A stretch of DNA of 64,000 nucleotides from Octopus sinensis (taxonomy: Eukaryota): the NCBI RefSeq assembly GCF_006345805.1, contig NC_043015.1, positions 46,562,001 through 46,626,000 on the forward strand, given 5' to 3'. Shown piece after piece: positions 40,593-54,313 of this stretch. The first letter of the stretch is position 1. Each line of letters begins with the position of its first letter. A program made the position numbers and the translations under genes. The notes beneath the pieces were generated by a model, which was given only the letters and a program-made list of their open reading frames with translations, ran no database searches and had not been told where the DNA came from.

Positions 40593-41066
40593 CTCTTTTG
40601 TTACCATATTTATTTTGAGATGCTCCGTGTTTCTTTCTATTATTTTATATATAACATAGAATTTAGTAAAATAACTTAGTTATCATTAAGCTAGTGTTAG
40701 GAACATAAATTGTGACTAAGATTTGGTGGAAGATTTTAATTCAAAACTTATGAAAACAAGACATTTGTACTACAGAGCCAGAGCCGGTTTCAGCCAGGTT
40801 GGTAATGAAAGGGTTAAGAATTGTTTCTCTATTATATATTTTAACTCTTTTGTTACCATGTTTCTGTTGAGATGCTCTGTGTTTCTTTCAATTAATTTTA
40901 AATATAACAATGAATTTAGTAAAATAACTTAGTTATCATTAAGCTAGTGTTAGGAACATAAATTGTGACTAAGGTTTGGTGGAAGATTTTAATTCAGAAT
41001 TTATGTAAACAAGACATTTGTACTACAGAGCCTGAGGTGGTTTCAGCCAGGTTAGTAATGAAAGGG
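40593..41066. mobile_element. Two adjacent piggyBac-type MITEs (40593-40813 and 40845-41066)
   Basis: Each reads TTAA-CTCTTTTGTTACC...GTAATGAAAGGG-TTAA, ~221 bp, same orientation. Confidence 0.85.
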
Positions 41067-44000
41067 TTAATATAATGCATTATCAAACGATACACTATTA
41101 CTCAACAGAATCACATATACTTTTTTTATGTGACCCCCTTCGGTCATGAATGACCATGGGATTGCACCAAGAAAGTTACCCTCCGAGGCACAAGTCTGGG
41201 CAAGGTTTTTTATGGAAGACCAGCAGTTGCCCACACATACCAGCCTCCCCTCTCCACGCCACCGATGTTATCCAAGGGAAAGGCAAAAGCCGATACTGCT
41301 TGGCACCAGTGACATCGCAGCTCATTTATTAACGTTCAAGTGGCTGAGCACTCCACAGACATGTGTACCCTTAATGTAGTTCTCGAGGAGATTCAGCGTG
41401 ACACAGAGCATGACAAGGCTGGCCCTTTGAAATACAGGTACAACAGAAATAGGAAGAAAGAGTGAGAGAAAGTTGTGGTGAAAGAGTACAGCAGGGTTCA
41501 CCACCTCCTGCCGGAGCCTCGTGGAGCTTTAGATATTTTCGCTCACTAAACACTCACAATGCCCGGTCTGCGAATCGAAACCACGATCCTACGACCGCTG
41601 CCCCAACCACTGGGCCATTGCGCCTCCTATATACAGTCACATATAAAAGATAGGAAGTTATATGCAAGCTATAACCATGTGTGGTACGCCATTACTTAAC
41701 CTTCTATGGAAAGATGTATACATCCTTTGTTAATGGGCTTTGCTGACCTCTTACTTCAGGAAGTGAAGTAAAGAGTATTACAATGCACATGCATTTTCAA
41801 TAATTAGCTAAGTCAGTGAAGAGGGAATAGCTATAAATGGGAGTTAATCCCCATTCATAGTTACTCCCGGCAATGATGAGTTATCTGCAAAAAGGTCTAA
41901 CGTCAGACTGTTTGCAGTGTTTGATTATCTCCCTTATCATTCTAAGCCCACATTCTGGAGTCACCATCGTTCTGGAGATCAATTAAGTACTAGTAACATA
42001 CAGCAGTCAATTTAATCAACACTGTTTCTCTCCTTACAATTTTGTGACCTAATGCAAATATAGGAAGCCAGTACCGATTTTTATAATGAGTGTAAAGTTC
42101 TTAGATTTATATGGAGACAGAAGCACGGAGCGTAAATATTCATGTTTGCAACTCATTAACCTGTGCAAGTGAAATGGCTAAAATTGTTTCAACATTTCTG
42201 CTGTTTCACTTCTACTCCTCTACTCAAAATAATACTAAAGTTAATAAGATGTAATAAGATTATTAATAATCTTATTATTGATAAGATCATAATATTTTTG
42301 GACTATTATCCTCGTTAGTAATATTAACTATTAACTACCCCGCTAAATAGTAACAATTGCACTAAATATTATATTAACTATTTATCACAACTGAAGATGA
42401 AATTAGAAGTAAAAAAAATTACAATCAAATAAACAAGACTTTGCAAATATAAAAAGTTAGTTTGTTTTACAATATTTCCACTATAATATTACTAATTATT
42501 TATCTCGCTCATTAGTGCAGATAAATCGTCAATTACTTGATCTTTCAGTAATTGAGAAATCCACATATCTGTGATCAGCACAATCAATATTTTCTGGGGA
42601 AGAGAACAGTAGATTATATCAACCCTAGTACTCAATTAGTATTTATCTTAATGACCCAGAAGAAATGAAAGCAAAACCAACCAAAGAGGGATTTAAATTG
42701 CAGAAATTAAAGAACTGTGCTACTAAAAATCTGCAAAGCATTTTGTCTGATGTTCTGATGATTCTGCTAATCCACCAACCTCCACTTATAATTCTCCAAA
42801 AACTAATATAATATAAATTAGAATTAGTATAATATAAATTGAGGCAGTGAGCTGGCAGGCTTGCTAGCAAAATGCTTAGTGGCATTTCATCTGTTTTCAC
42901 ATTCTGAGTTCAAATTTTGCTGAGGTCTACTTTGCCTTTAATCTTTACAGAGTTGATAAAATAAATACCAATTGAATATTGGGATCAATGTAACTGATAT
43001 ACCCTTCCCTACAAATTTCTGGCCTTGTGCCAAAATTTAAACCCATTCTTCTTCTTATTATTGTCCTCAAGGTGGCGAGCTGGCAGTCGTTAGCATGCCA
43101 GGTAAAATGCTTAATGGTATTTTGCCTGTCTTTACATTTAAATTCCGCCAAGGTCAACTTTGCCTTTCAGCCTTTTGGGATTGATAAATTAAGTACCAGT
43201 CAAGTACTGGGATCAATGTAATTAACTTACTCCCTCTCCACAAATTTCAGGCCTTGTGCCTATAGTAGAAAGAGTTATCATCATCATCATCATTGTTTAA
43301 TGTCCGCTTTCCATGCTAGCATGGGTTGGACGATTTGACTGAGGCCTAGCGAACCAGATGGCTGCACCAGGCTCCAATCTTGATCTGGCAGAGTTTCTAC
43401 AGCTGGATGCCCTTCCTAATGCCAACCACTCCGAGAGTGTAGTGGGTGCTTTTACGTGCCAATTAAGTGGTATTGGCAACGGCCACACTCAAATGGTGTT
43501 TTTTACGTGCCACCTGCACAGTAGCCAGTCCATACCTAATGTACCTATTATTACAGGGATTGTTTCTGTTTTTAGAACTTCATCATCACCATCACCACCA
43601 CCACCACCATCATCATCACCAAGAAAACATTATTCTGAAACATTCAAATGTTAAGTGTCATTAATCAGTCAGATTCTAGAAAATTTTAAACCATTATTTT
43701 ATTGAGTATTTTCCAATGATCTTTAACATATATAATATTGATTTCTAATTTTGGCACAAAAATACATATTTTTCAGGAAAGGTACGGTTGATTAAACGAA
43801 CCACTCTATTTGGCAATTACTTAATTTTATTGAACCTGGAAGGACGACTGGCAAGGATGACCTAGGCAAAGTACGAACTCAAAATACAAGAGGAGAGCAT
43901 AAGTAAATATTGGTTTCTAATTCTGGCACAAGGCCAGCAACTTTGGGCAGGAGGTTAGTCGATTGCATCAACTCCTCATCTCTTAAATATAGAACAGCTG

Positions 44001-44668
44001 TTGGTTTGTTTACATTCCCATAACCTAGCAGTTCAACAAAAGACCACTACAATAAGTATCAAACTTAAATAGTAAGTACTGGGCTAGATTTGTCCAGTTA
44101 AAGCATTCAAGGCAGTGCCCCAGTATGGCCACGGTTCAATGATGGAAGCGAGTTAAAGATAAAAGATAAGAAGATAATCCGTAATGCAAAACACACTGTG
44201 AGACATCAACGGATTTCAGTTCCTATTACACCTTTAATCCACAGAAGCCAGATCATTTAATGTTGGTTAATGTAACCCTTTCTCTTTAGGCACAAGGCCT
44301 GAAATTTTAGGGAAGGGGCTGAGTTGATAACATCAACCTCCATGCTCAACTGGTACTTAGTTTCCTAACCCTGAAAGGAAAAAAAAACGTAAAGTCAACC
44401 TCAGCAGGATTTGAACTCAGATCATTGCTAGGCATTTTGTCCAGCTTGCTAACAACTCTGCCAGGTCACAAATTCTTAATGCTGGTTAAGTTAATAATAA
44501 CAACCACTGATATTATTTCGTATTCCAACCTGTGTCATAGAAATTTCAATTTCATATTCAAACCACGCATCACCATGTCTGCATACATCCACATGTCAGT
44601 GATGTGAGTGCAATTAATTTGCCTGCTAATAGAAAACAACAACAACAACTCACCTTCAAATGTGTTTA

Positions 44669-45149
44669 GTGTGTGTGTGTGCATGTGCGAGACTCTGTGT
44701 GTGTGCATGTGTGTGAGACTGTGTGTGTGTGCATGTGTGAGACTGTGTGTGTATATAGATAGATGGGCAGGCGGACAGATAGAAATGAGTATGTGTTTGT
44801 GTGTGTGTGTGTATGTATGTATGTGTGTGTGTGAGGGAGAGAGAGAGACTGTGTGTGTATATAGATAGATGGACAGGCGGACAGATGGAAATGAGTATGT
44901 GTTTGTGTGTGTGTGTGTATGTATGTATGTGTGTGTGTGTGTGAGGGAGAGAGAGAGACTGTGTGTGTATATAGATAGATGGACAGGCGGACAGATGGAA
45001 ATGAGTATGTGTTTGTGTGTGTGTGTGTATGTATGTATGTGTGTGTGAGGGAGAGAGAGAGACTGTGTGTGTATATAGATAGATGGACAGGCGGACAGAT
45101 GGAAATGAGTATGTGTGTGTGTTTGTGTGTGTGTGAGGGAGAGACAGAG

Positions 45150-45207
<58 letters not shown>

Positions 45208-46290
45208 GGTGTGTGAGGGAGAGAGAGAGAGAGACTGTGTGTGTATATAGATAGATGGACAAGCAGACAGATAGAAACGAGTATGTGTCTGAGTGGGTGA
45301 GTGTGTATGCATGTGTGTGTGTGTTGTGTGTGTGTGTGTGTGAGACCATGTGTGTGACCGTGTGTGTATATAGATAGATGGACAAGCAGAGAGATAGAAA
45401 CGAATATGGGTTTGGGTGGGTGGGTATATATGCACGTGTGTGTATGTGTGTGTGTATGCGTATGTGTGTGAGTATGCGTATGTGTGTGAGTATATAGATA
45501 GATGGACAAGCAGACAGATAGAAACGAGTATGTGTCTGAGTGGGTGAGTGTGTATGCATGTGTGTGTGTGTTTGCATGTATGTGTGCAGTGTCTGTTTGA
45601 GTGTATGAGAGTGTGTGAGACTATATTTCTGTATATAGATAGCTAGACAGACAGATATGAATGTGTTTGTGGATACATGTGTGTATATATGTCTTTATTT
45701 GTTAGTTTATGTGTGTGTGTATAAATAGATGTATGTGCGTGCATGTGTGTATGTCTGTGTAACTATGTATGTATATAGATAGATGGACACACAGACAGAC
45801 AGAAATGAGTTTGTTTGGCTGGGTGGATGTGTATACATGTGTGTGTATTTGTGTGTGAGTGTGTGGTGTGTGTGCTTGTGTGTATGAGAATGTGTGAGGC
45901 TATATTTCTGTATATAGATAGTTAGACAGACAGATATGAGTGTGTGTTTGGGAAAGCTTGTGTGAATATATGTCTTTGTGTGTGCGTGTGTGTTTGTGTG
46001 TATAAATACATAGATGCATGTATGTGCATGTGTGTGTGTGTGTATGTATGTGTGACTATATATGTATATAGATACATGAACACGCAGACAGATAGAAATT
46101 TGTATGTGTTTGGGTGGGTGGGTGGGTGTATATGCATGTATGTGTGTGTGCATGTAAGTGTATGTGTGTGTGTGTGTGTGTGCATGCTTGTGTGTGTGCT
46201 CGAGTGTATGAGAGTGCGTGAAACTATATTTATATATATGTACAGCTAGACAGACAGCTACGAGTGTGTGTTTGTGTGTGTGTGTGTGTG

Positions 46291-46325
<35 letters not shown>

Positions 46326-47440
46326 GGTGTGTGAGGGAGAGAGAGAGAGAGACTGTGTGTATATAGAGATAGATAGACAGGCAGACTGACAGAAATGAGT
46401 ATGTGTTTGGGTGGGTGGGTTTTTTGCACGTGTGTGTGCGTGTGTGTGTGTGTGTGTGTGAGACCATGTGTGTGACCGTGTGTGTATATAGATAGATGGA
46501 CAAGCAGAGAGATAGAAACGAATATGGGTTTGGGTGGGTGGGTATATATGCACGTGTGTGTATGTGTGTGTGTATGCGTATGTGTGTGAGTATGCGTATG
46601 TGTGTGAGTATATAGATAGATGGACAAGCAGACAGATAGAAACGAGTATGTGTCTGAGTGGGTGAGTGTGTATGCATGTGTGTGTGTGTTTGCATGTATG
46701 TGTGCAGTGTCTGTTTGAGTGTATGAGAGTGTGTGAGACTATATTTCTGTATATAGATAGCTAGACAGACAGATATGAATGTGTTTGTGGATACATGTGT
46801 GTATATATGTCTTTATTTGTTAGTTTATGTGTGTGTGTATAAATAGATGTATGTGCGTGCATGTGTGTATGTCTGTGTAACTATGTATGTATATAGATAG
46901 ATGGACACACAGACAGACAGAAATGAGTTTGTTTGGCTGGGTGGATGTGTATACATGTGTGTGTATTTGTGTGTGAGTGTGTGGTGTGTGTGCTTGTGTG
47001 TATGAGAATGTGTGAGGCTATATTTCTGTATATAGATAGTTAGACAGACAGATATGAGTGTGTGTTTGGGAAAGCTTGTGTGAATATATGTCTTTGTGTG
47101 TGCGTGTGTGTTTGTGTGTATAAATACATAGATGCATGTATGTGCATGTGTGTATGTATGTGTGACTATATATGTATATAGATACATGAACACGCAGACA
47201 GATAGAAATTTGTATGTGTTTGGGTGGGTGGGTGGGTGTATATGCATGTATGTGTGTGTGCATGTAAGTGTATGTGTGTGTGTGTGTGTGTGCATGCTTG
47301 TGTGTGTGCTCGAGTGTATGAGAGTGCGTGAAACTATATTTATATATATGTACAGCTAGACAGACAGCTACGAGTGTGTGTTTGTGTGTGTGTGTATGTG
47401 TGTGTGTATGTGTGTGTGTGTGTGTGTGTGGTGTGTGTTT
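44669..47440. repeat. TG-rich compound satellite with a higher-order ~1.1 kb duplication
   Basis: Monomers of ~110-130 bp built on GTATATAGATAGATGGACAG..GACAGAT.GAAA.GAGTATG plus (TG)n/(GA)n. 45330-46290 recurs at 46448-47400 (offset 1118, later 1110). Confidence 0.9.
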
Positions 47441-47612
47441 GAATGTAAACTAAAAATCATCAGAAATTCAAGCCAGGGTTTGTGAAAGCTCTACCCTTAT
47501 AAAAAAACATGCTATCATATCGTATTTGAAACGTTCTAATAAAAAGCTAATATTTGCCAACAAAAGCAAAATACACAAAAATATAATAAAACGATTTTTA
47601 TCTTGAGGAGGT

Positions 47613-47725
47613 TTAAAACTTGTAAGTAAATGGAATATTTAAATGGCCCAATTTTTCCTCCAATACTTTGTCAAACACTTCGCTCTGAGCAACAGTGAAA
47701 TGATTTTTCCAATCTCCAACAGTAC
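47613..47725 (-). CDS. Cytosolic sulfotransferase, terminal coding exon E
   Basis: Acceptor TTTCTTAG|GT, 113 nt. Encodes (G)[36 protein letters not shown], completing RKGxxGDWK and the KxxxTVxxxE dimerisation motif. Confidence 0.95.
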
Positions 47726-47892
47726 CTAAGAAAGAAAATAAAAAAAGTAATTATCAAATTAAATTTTAATTTCAAAAAATGTTTGTAAGTGAGTGTGCAT
47801 GTGTGTGTGTGTGCATCTGTGTGTGTGTTTGTGTGTGTGCGTGTGTGTGTTTGCTTTTGACAAGTAATTTTGTTTATAAATAGAAATCAACT

Positions 47893-48437
47893 CTCTTTTA
47901 CTTGTTTCAGTCATTTGACTGTGGCCATGCTGGAACACCACCTTTTCGTCGAGCAAATCGTCCCCAGGACTTATTCTCTGTAAGTCTAGTACTTATTCTA
48001 TCGGTCTCTTTTGCTGAACCGCTAAGTTACAGGGACGCACACCAGCATCGGTTGTCAAGCGATGTTGGGGGGACAAACATATACACACATACACACAAAC
48101 ACACATATATATATATATGTGTGTGTGTGTGGAGGCGCAATGGCCCAGTGGTTAGGGCTGCGGACTCGTGGTCGTAGGATCGTGGTTTCGATTCCCAGAC
48201 CGGGCGTTGTGTGTGTTTATCGAGCGAAAACACCTAAAGCTCCACGAGGCTCCGGCAGGGGTTGGTGGCGATCCCGGCTGTACTCTTTCGCCACAACTTT
48301 CTCTCGGTCTTTCTTCTGTTGGCCTGCTCACTTAGCCAGCGGGGTTGGAGTCATTTGAAGGCTAAAACAATGCAAAGCGCATTATGACCAGCGATGTGTA
48401 GCAACATCTGATAGTCTGGTCGGTCACGGTGATCACG

Positions 48438-48482
<45 letters not shown>

Positions 48483-48644
48483 GACTGGCTTCTTTCAGTT
48501 TCCATCTACCAAATCCACTCACAAGGCTTTGGTCGGCCCGAGGCTACAGTAGAAGACATTTGCGCAAGGTGCCATGCAGTGAGACTGAACCCGGAACCAT
48601 GTGGTTGGTAAGCAAGCTACTGACCACACAACAACTCCTACGCC
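47893..48644 (-). mobile_element. SINE A copy with a nested SINE family C (48131-48440, +)
   Basis: SINE C head GGAGGCGCAATGGCCCAGTGGTTAGGGC...GGTTTCGATTCC has tRNA-like boxes A and B. Other SINE C copies at ~30283-30556(-) and 41330-41628(-). Confidence 0.85.
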
Positions 48645-49854
48645 TATGAGTTTTTCACTCATACTCATGAGTTTTTCACCTCTGTTCTCTCTTATATTCA
48701 TCATATGTATGTAGTTTTGATACTATAGGTCAGAAAAATGAAATTAAGATAAAGAAAATTAAGATAAAGAAGACCTGGCAGGACAAGTGAGACCATAACC
48801 TGTGGCCTCTACCTGGATGTAGCCAGTCCACTTATGCATACCTTTCCTTCTTGGGACACAAAACTCTACTTGTGAAGACCTATTGAGGCAAGTGAAAATC
48901 AAAATCGAAATTGATCAACATCAATGGAAATTGCAGCTGTGATACCAGTGCGGGTGGTATGTAAGAGAACCATCCAAACGTGGCCATTGCCAGTGCCGCC
49001 CCGACTGGCCTCGTGCCCGTGGCACGTAAAAAGCACCATCCGATCGTGGCCGTTGCCAGCCTCGCCTGGCCCCCGTGCCGGTGACACGTAAAGAGCACCA
49101 TCCGATCGTGGCCATTTGCCAGCCTCATCTGGCATGTAAAAAGCACCATCCGATCATGGCCGTTTGCCAGCCTCATCTGACACCTGTGCCGGTGGCACAT
49201 AAAAAGCACCCACTACACTCACGGAGTGGTTGGTGTTAGGAAGGGCATCCAGCTGTAGAAACTTTGCTAGATCAATGGGCCTGGTGCAGCCTTCTGGTTT
49301 CCCAGACCCCAGTTAAACCGTCCAACCCTTGCTAGCATGGAAAGCGGACGCTAAATGATGATGATGATGAAAATGGTATATACTTTATTTCAAGTATGCC
49401 CTCACTATTTCGTGTCTCTCTTCCCAGCTTGGAGAAGTCATGTACCTTCTCTTCAGCAAAACACTTGAGTCAGCTTACACTTTGTGAGTGTTATTGGGAT
49501 AATCCGAAGCAGACATGTAGAGAACTATGGAAATCTATGGGAGCCCATCAGATAGATTGTACCACCTACAATTCATAAAGTCTAGCCGTGTCACTCTGTG
49601 CCATATTCACTTTATCTGAGAATAACAATAAGAGTATAATGGAGAATAATTAGCCATTTAAATGCCAATTTAAATTATACTTGCCACAGATGCTATACAG
49701 TGGGATCAAACCCAGGACCTTATGACTGTGAAGTAAACTTCATAACCATTTGGCCATATTGTGATTACATACTGTACCAAATAAGGATGCTAAACTAGAA
49801 ACTGGTTGGTCAGAAGTAAGAGAAGTTTAAAAAAATAAACTCTGCTTTACTCTC

Positions 49855-50240
49855 TTTACTCTTTTACTTGTTTCAGTCTTTTGACTGCAGCCATGCTGGA
49901 GCACCGCCTTTAGTTGAGCAAATCAACCCCGGGACTTATTCTTTGTAATCCTAGTACTTATTCTATCGGTCTCTTTCGCCGAACCGCTAAGTGACAGGGA
50001 CGTAAACACACCAGCATCAGTTGTCAAGCAATGCTAGGGTGACCCACACAAACACACATATATCTATACATATATACGACAGGCTTCTTTCAGTTTCCAT
50101 CTACCAAATCCATTCACAAGGCACTGGTCGGCCCGGGGCTATAGCCGAAGAAACTTGCCCAAGATGCCACGCAGTGGGACTGAACACGGAACCATGTGGT
50201 TGGTTAGCAAGCTACTTACCACACAGCCACTCCTGCGCCT
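49855..50240 (-). mobile_element. SINE family A copy
   Basis: Reverse complement match to 9801-10198. Confidence 0.9.
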
Positions 50241-51224
50241 ATTTACGGAAAATTTTACTAAAATGTGCTGTTTTTTTTTTGAAAACTAGCCATTATTCAA
50301 TTGTCTAATACCATCGTTTTTGTTTCTTTTAATACTTATATGTAGGGATATACTTTAGCTGGTTAATAATTCTAACCATTTAAAGGCGGCAAGTTGACAG
50401 AAATGTTAGCACACCAGGCAAAATGTTTAGTAGTATTTCGTCTATCTTTACGTTCTGAGTTCAAATTCCATAGAGGTCGACTTTGCCTTTCATCCTTTTG
50501 GGGTCGATCTAATCAAATGGCCCCCTCTCCAAAGATTTCGGGCCTCGTGCCTAGAGTAGAAAACAATATTCTAACCATTCACTAACCTTAGTTGTAAAAT
50601 TAATAAATGCTTAAGAATAAAGGGAGAAAACTGCTGGTGCCTAAATTTTTTTTAGATTAATCTGAAGAAAATTCTTAAATAAATATAACGTTTTGGATTA
50701 ATATTAAATAAATTATATACCATTTTCTTTATTTTAATTTCTTTCTTCTAACCAATAATATAATACTACATATATATGAGTGAGGTTTGAAAGGGTATAT
50801 AACATTTGATTTAAATCTGGGTAAAAATATATTTCTAGTTACAGGCATGGTTTTGTGGTAAGAAGCTTGCTTCCACACCACATGGTTCCAGGTTCAGTCT
50901 CACTGCGTGGCACTTTGGGCAAGTGTCTTCTACTATAACTTCGTGGGTGGAACAGTAGAAGCATTTTCTTAGATATGGATGTACACCATAATGTCAGTCA
51001 CATGTGAGCTTTGTAGAGTGACAGTAACTGATCAAGGCTGAATACTTTTTGGACATGACATGTCTATCAATAAGAATGTGATAGTTTCCCATTCATTAAG
51101 CTCATTCATATATCAAAATAATTTATTCATGGTCACTTCCAAACACACACTTCTACATAGATTTTACAACCTTTCACTTGTCATTAATCTTGCTTACATG
51201 AATACCATCCTTCAAAAGATTAAA

Positions 51225-51645
51225 ATAATAATAATAATAATGAAATTATTGTATACAGTGCTCAGGTGCACCACAACTTGTCAAAAGTGCGTACAAAGCA
51301 TATACAGTAATGTACAAATGTCTGGAAAGTGAACAGTGTATGAGTCAGATACATGCTTGCGTGTGTATGGAGGGGAGAAAATCTGGTGTAGTGTTGGCGA
51401 ATCTCAGGAAGCATGGAAGTTTTGAAGGATGCAGTGCTCCGACAACTAACAACCGATGCCGGCAGTCTGTTCCATGCTTCAGCAACTCTCAGCGTAAAAA
51501 AATGTTTCCAAAAGTCATGGGAGCTGTGCTGTTTTCTGACTTTGTAAACATATCCACGGGTGTTAGATGGGTGGAGTTTGAAAAGGTGCTCAGAGTTATT
51601 GTTTGTAAGTTGGTTAATAATTTTATGGGTGTCGGCCAAGTCACA
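51225..51645 (-). mobile_element. CR1/L2-type LINE 3' end
   Basis: DLADTHKIIN...NTRGYVYKVRKQHSSHDFWKHFFTLRVAEAWNRLP and an (ATT)n tail. Confidence 0.9.
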
Positions 51646-52180
51646 CATAAAAATATTCTAAAGGGAATGAGACTCAAAATGATGACTGTCATTTAAGAAT
51701 CCTTCCATCATCTTTGAAATATTGAACATGAAAGAGATAGAGTGATAGTTGGCAGAATTACAGAGGTTTTCACATGTTTTCATTAAATTTTTGATAGAAT
51801 CTCCACCTAGAAAGAAAGTTCCAGGTGCATAGTTATGATAGGAGCAAAATATGGTGTGCATGTGTAGTGACCGAAAATATAATAATCCAGTTGGCTTGTA
51901 TTTAGTTTCAATGCAATTAGAGCCAAATGTTGACACATTGTTTATGTGCAAGTCAAAATTCAGATTTAATCCTGTGATTTACAATTGACAATAAATGTAT
52001 GAAAGAAAATATAGAACATACCGTACAGCATATGGATTATTCAGTTTCATATAATAACATATTTCTAACTATACTTTAAAATATGAGACCCAACAAGGAT
52101 AAAATTAAGGTTATTCAGGTGTTCACTGGAAAGGGTTCAGGTATAATGTTATAAGTGGTTCTTATAGAAAGAATACATAC

Positions 52181-52355
52181 CTTTTCTCAGAAGTGGTGAG
52201 ATATTTTTATTAATGGAATAGACATCTTCATGATTTGTCATTGGGTTGGTTTTCATATTTTCAAATGAGCAATGCTTCACAATATCATCCACATTTTGAT
52301 GGCTCAGAGATCGACCCAAAAACTTAGCCAGTTCTTCAACAGATTTTGTGAGATT
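52181..52355 (-). CDS. Cytosolic sulfotransferase, exon D
   Basis: Acceptor TTTTTAG|AAT, donor AAAG|GTATGT, 175 nt. Encodes NLTKSVEELAKFLGRSLSHQNVDDIVKHCSFENMKTNPMTNHEDVYSINKNISPLLRK(G). Confidence 0.95.
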
Positions 52356-52632
52356 CTAAAAAGAATTCAAGAGAAAAATGTATGCTGTAAGTATCAGATA
52401 ATTACCATACAGACACACACACACATATTAATGGATACTACATGAACCAATTTGAGAAACAAAACAAGGAGTGTTGGAGTTGTGTTGTCCTTATGGCCAT
52501 AAGGGCATAACTACCTCTCTTGTCACAAAAAATGCACCTAATACACTTTTTAAAGTGATTGACATTTGGCAGGGTATCCAGTCACAGAAACCAAGCCAAA
52601 GCAAGTCCACTAACAGGATTAAAAACATATTT

Positions 52633-52868
52633 CTGCCGGCATCAGTTGTTAGTTGTCGGAGCACTGCATCCTTCAAAACCTCCATGCTTTCTGAAATTCG
52701 CCAACACTACACCTGATTTTCTCCCCTCCATTCACATGCAAGCATGTATCTGACTCATACATTATTCGCTTTCCAGACATTTGTACGTTACTGCATATAT
52801 TTTATAAGCACTGTCTGACAAGTTGTGGTGCACCTGAGCACAATAATTTCATTATTATTATTATTATT
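52633..52868 (+). mobile_element. CR1/L2-type LINE 3' end (short copy)
   Basis: Reverse complement of ~51230-51467, with an (ATT)n tail. Confidence 0.9.
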
Positions 52869-53130
52869 GTTTAATATCATTTTACATTGAAAATATGAGC
52901 AATTTAATTCACAATTTGATTCATGGGTTTATTTCTTATTGTCAACATTGAATCAAGCTGGAACACCTTTTCTGTCAGATATTAGTGATACAGCACAATG
53001 ATAAAATAAATGCACACACATGAACACATGCATGCACTCACGCGCACACACATGATAGAAGTAAATAGACACCCTTATAATCATTAAAATTTATTTAAAT
53101 CTGAAATTATACATTCAAATTATTTATTAA

Positions 53131-53820
53131 TTGTTATAATGTGAATATTTAATACTTAGTAGATAGACATGCCCTTAGCATGTCTATCCTTAGGGTCCTT
53201 AGCATTTTACAATGCAAGGACCCTATTAGGCATGTTTCTGATCAAATGACAAATATTCTCTTGCAGAATTTCTTGCTATGTTTCATGCAGTAATCTCAAA
53301 AGATCTGGCTTTGAAGATGCTTTCTTGTTCTTTTTATGAAGTGTTCTGTCCATTATGTCCCAGAGGTTTTCAATAGGGTTCATATCTGGTGACTGACTTG
53401 GCCATGGAAGGTTTTTTATGCCATTCTCATCCAACAAATATTGGGTCATTTGTTATAATGTGAATATTTAATACTTAATAGATAAACATGCCCTTAGCAT
53501 TTTTCAATGCAAGGACCCTATTAGGCATGTTTCTAATCAGATAAATATTCTCTTGCAGAATTTCTTGTCATGTTTCATGCAGTAATCTCAAAAGATCTGG
53601 CTTTGAAGATGCTTTCTTGTTCTTTTTATGAAGTGTTCTGTCCATTATGTCCCAGAGGTTTTCAATAAGGTTCATATCTGGTGACTGACTTGGCCATGGA
53701 AGGTTTTTTTTATGCCATTCTCATCCAACAAATATTGGGTCATTTTAGCTGTGTGACAAGGAACCCTATCTTCCATAAATAAAGAGTTGTCTTTAATCAT
53801 TTCACTACAGGAGAAGATTG
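53131..53820 (-). mobile_element. Tc1 transposase 3' fragment, tandemly duplicated
   Basis: FMEDRVPCHTAK...[15 protein letters not shown]. Units 53131-53450 and 53451-53744 are near-identical. Confidence 0.85.
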
Positions 53821-53953
53821 AAAGGCGTCCATATTCATGTATATATAACAGAGAGAGAGAGAGAAAGAGAGAGAGAGCGAGAGAGAGTCCGCTACAGATT
53901 TTAAGCTTTTTTTGCTGTGAAAGGTTATGCTGGATTTCCTCATTATATATATA

Positions 53954-54259
53954 CTAGCAGTATCGCCCGGCATTGCTCGGGTTTGTAAGGGAAATAACTA
54001 TATAAGCATTTTTAGAGAGTTACTTCCCTTATATAACCCGAGCAAAAATCATTAAAAATGCGGAAAAATGATGGAAATTTTTTTTTAAATGGTAGACTCA
54101 TTGTAGACGCGCGCTAACACCCAGAAGGGCTCGATATGAATGACGACTATAAGATACCCGCTTTTGGTTAAACTGCATCGCAAAATGTGGGAGTAGTTAG
54201 GAATCTAAATCGGAAGAGACAGAGTCTCACACACACAACTTCAATTTTATATATAAAGA
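53954..54259 (-). mobile_element. Non-autonomous Helitron
   Basis: Minus strand begins A|TCTTTATATATAAA and ends with hairpin CCCGAGCAATGCCGGG then CTAG|T, i.e. inserted at an AT site. Confidence 0.85.
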
Positions 54260-54313
54260 TATATAAAATAAAAAAAGAAGTAGAGCATAAATTTTTCAAA
54301 GAATTTCAGTTAC

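Noticed and set aside
44535-47359. Long His/Thr-rich ORFs (up to 324 aa)
   Set aside because: Translations of the (CA)n satellite; open in several frames with no splice or homology support.
48131-48205. tRNA-like sequence
   Set aside because: Continues into a SINE body present in several copies, so it is a SINE head and not a tRNA gene. The same applies to the family A and B heads.
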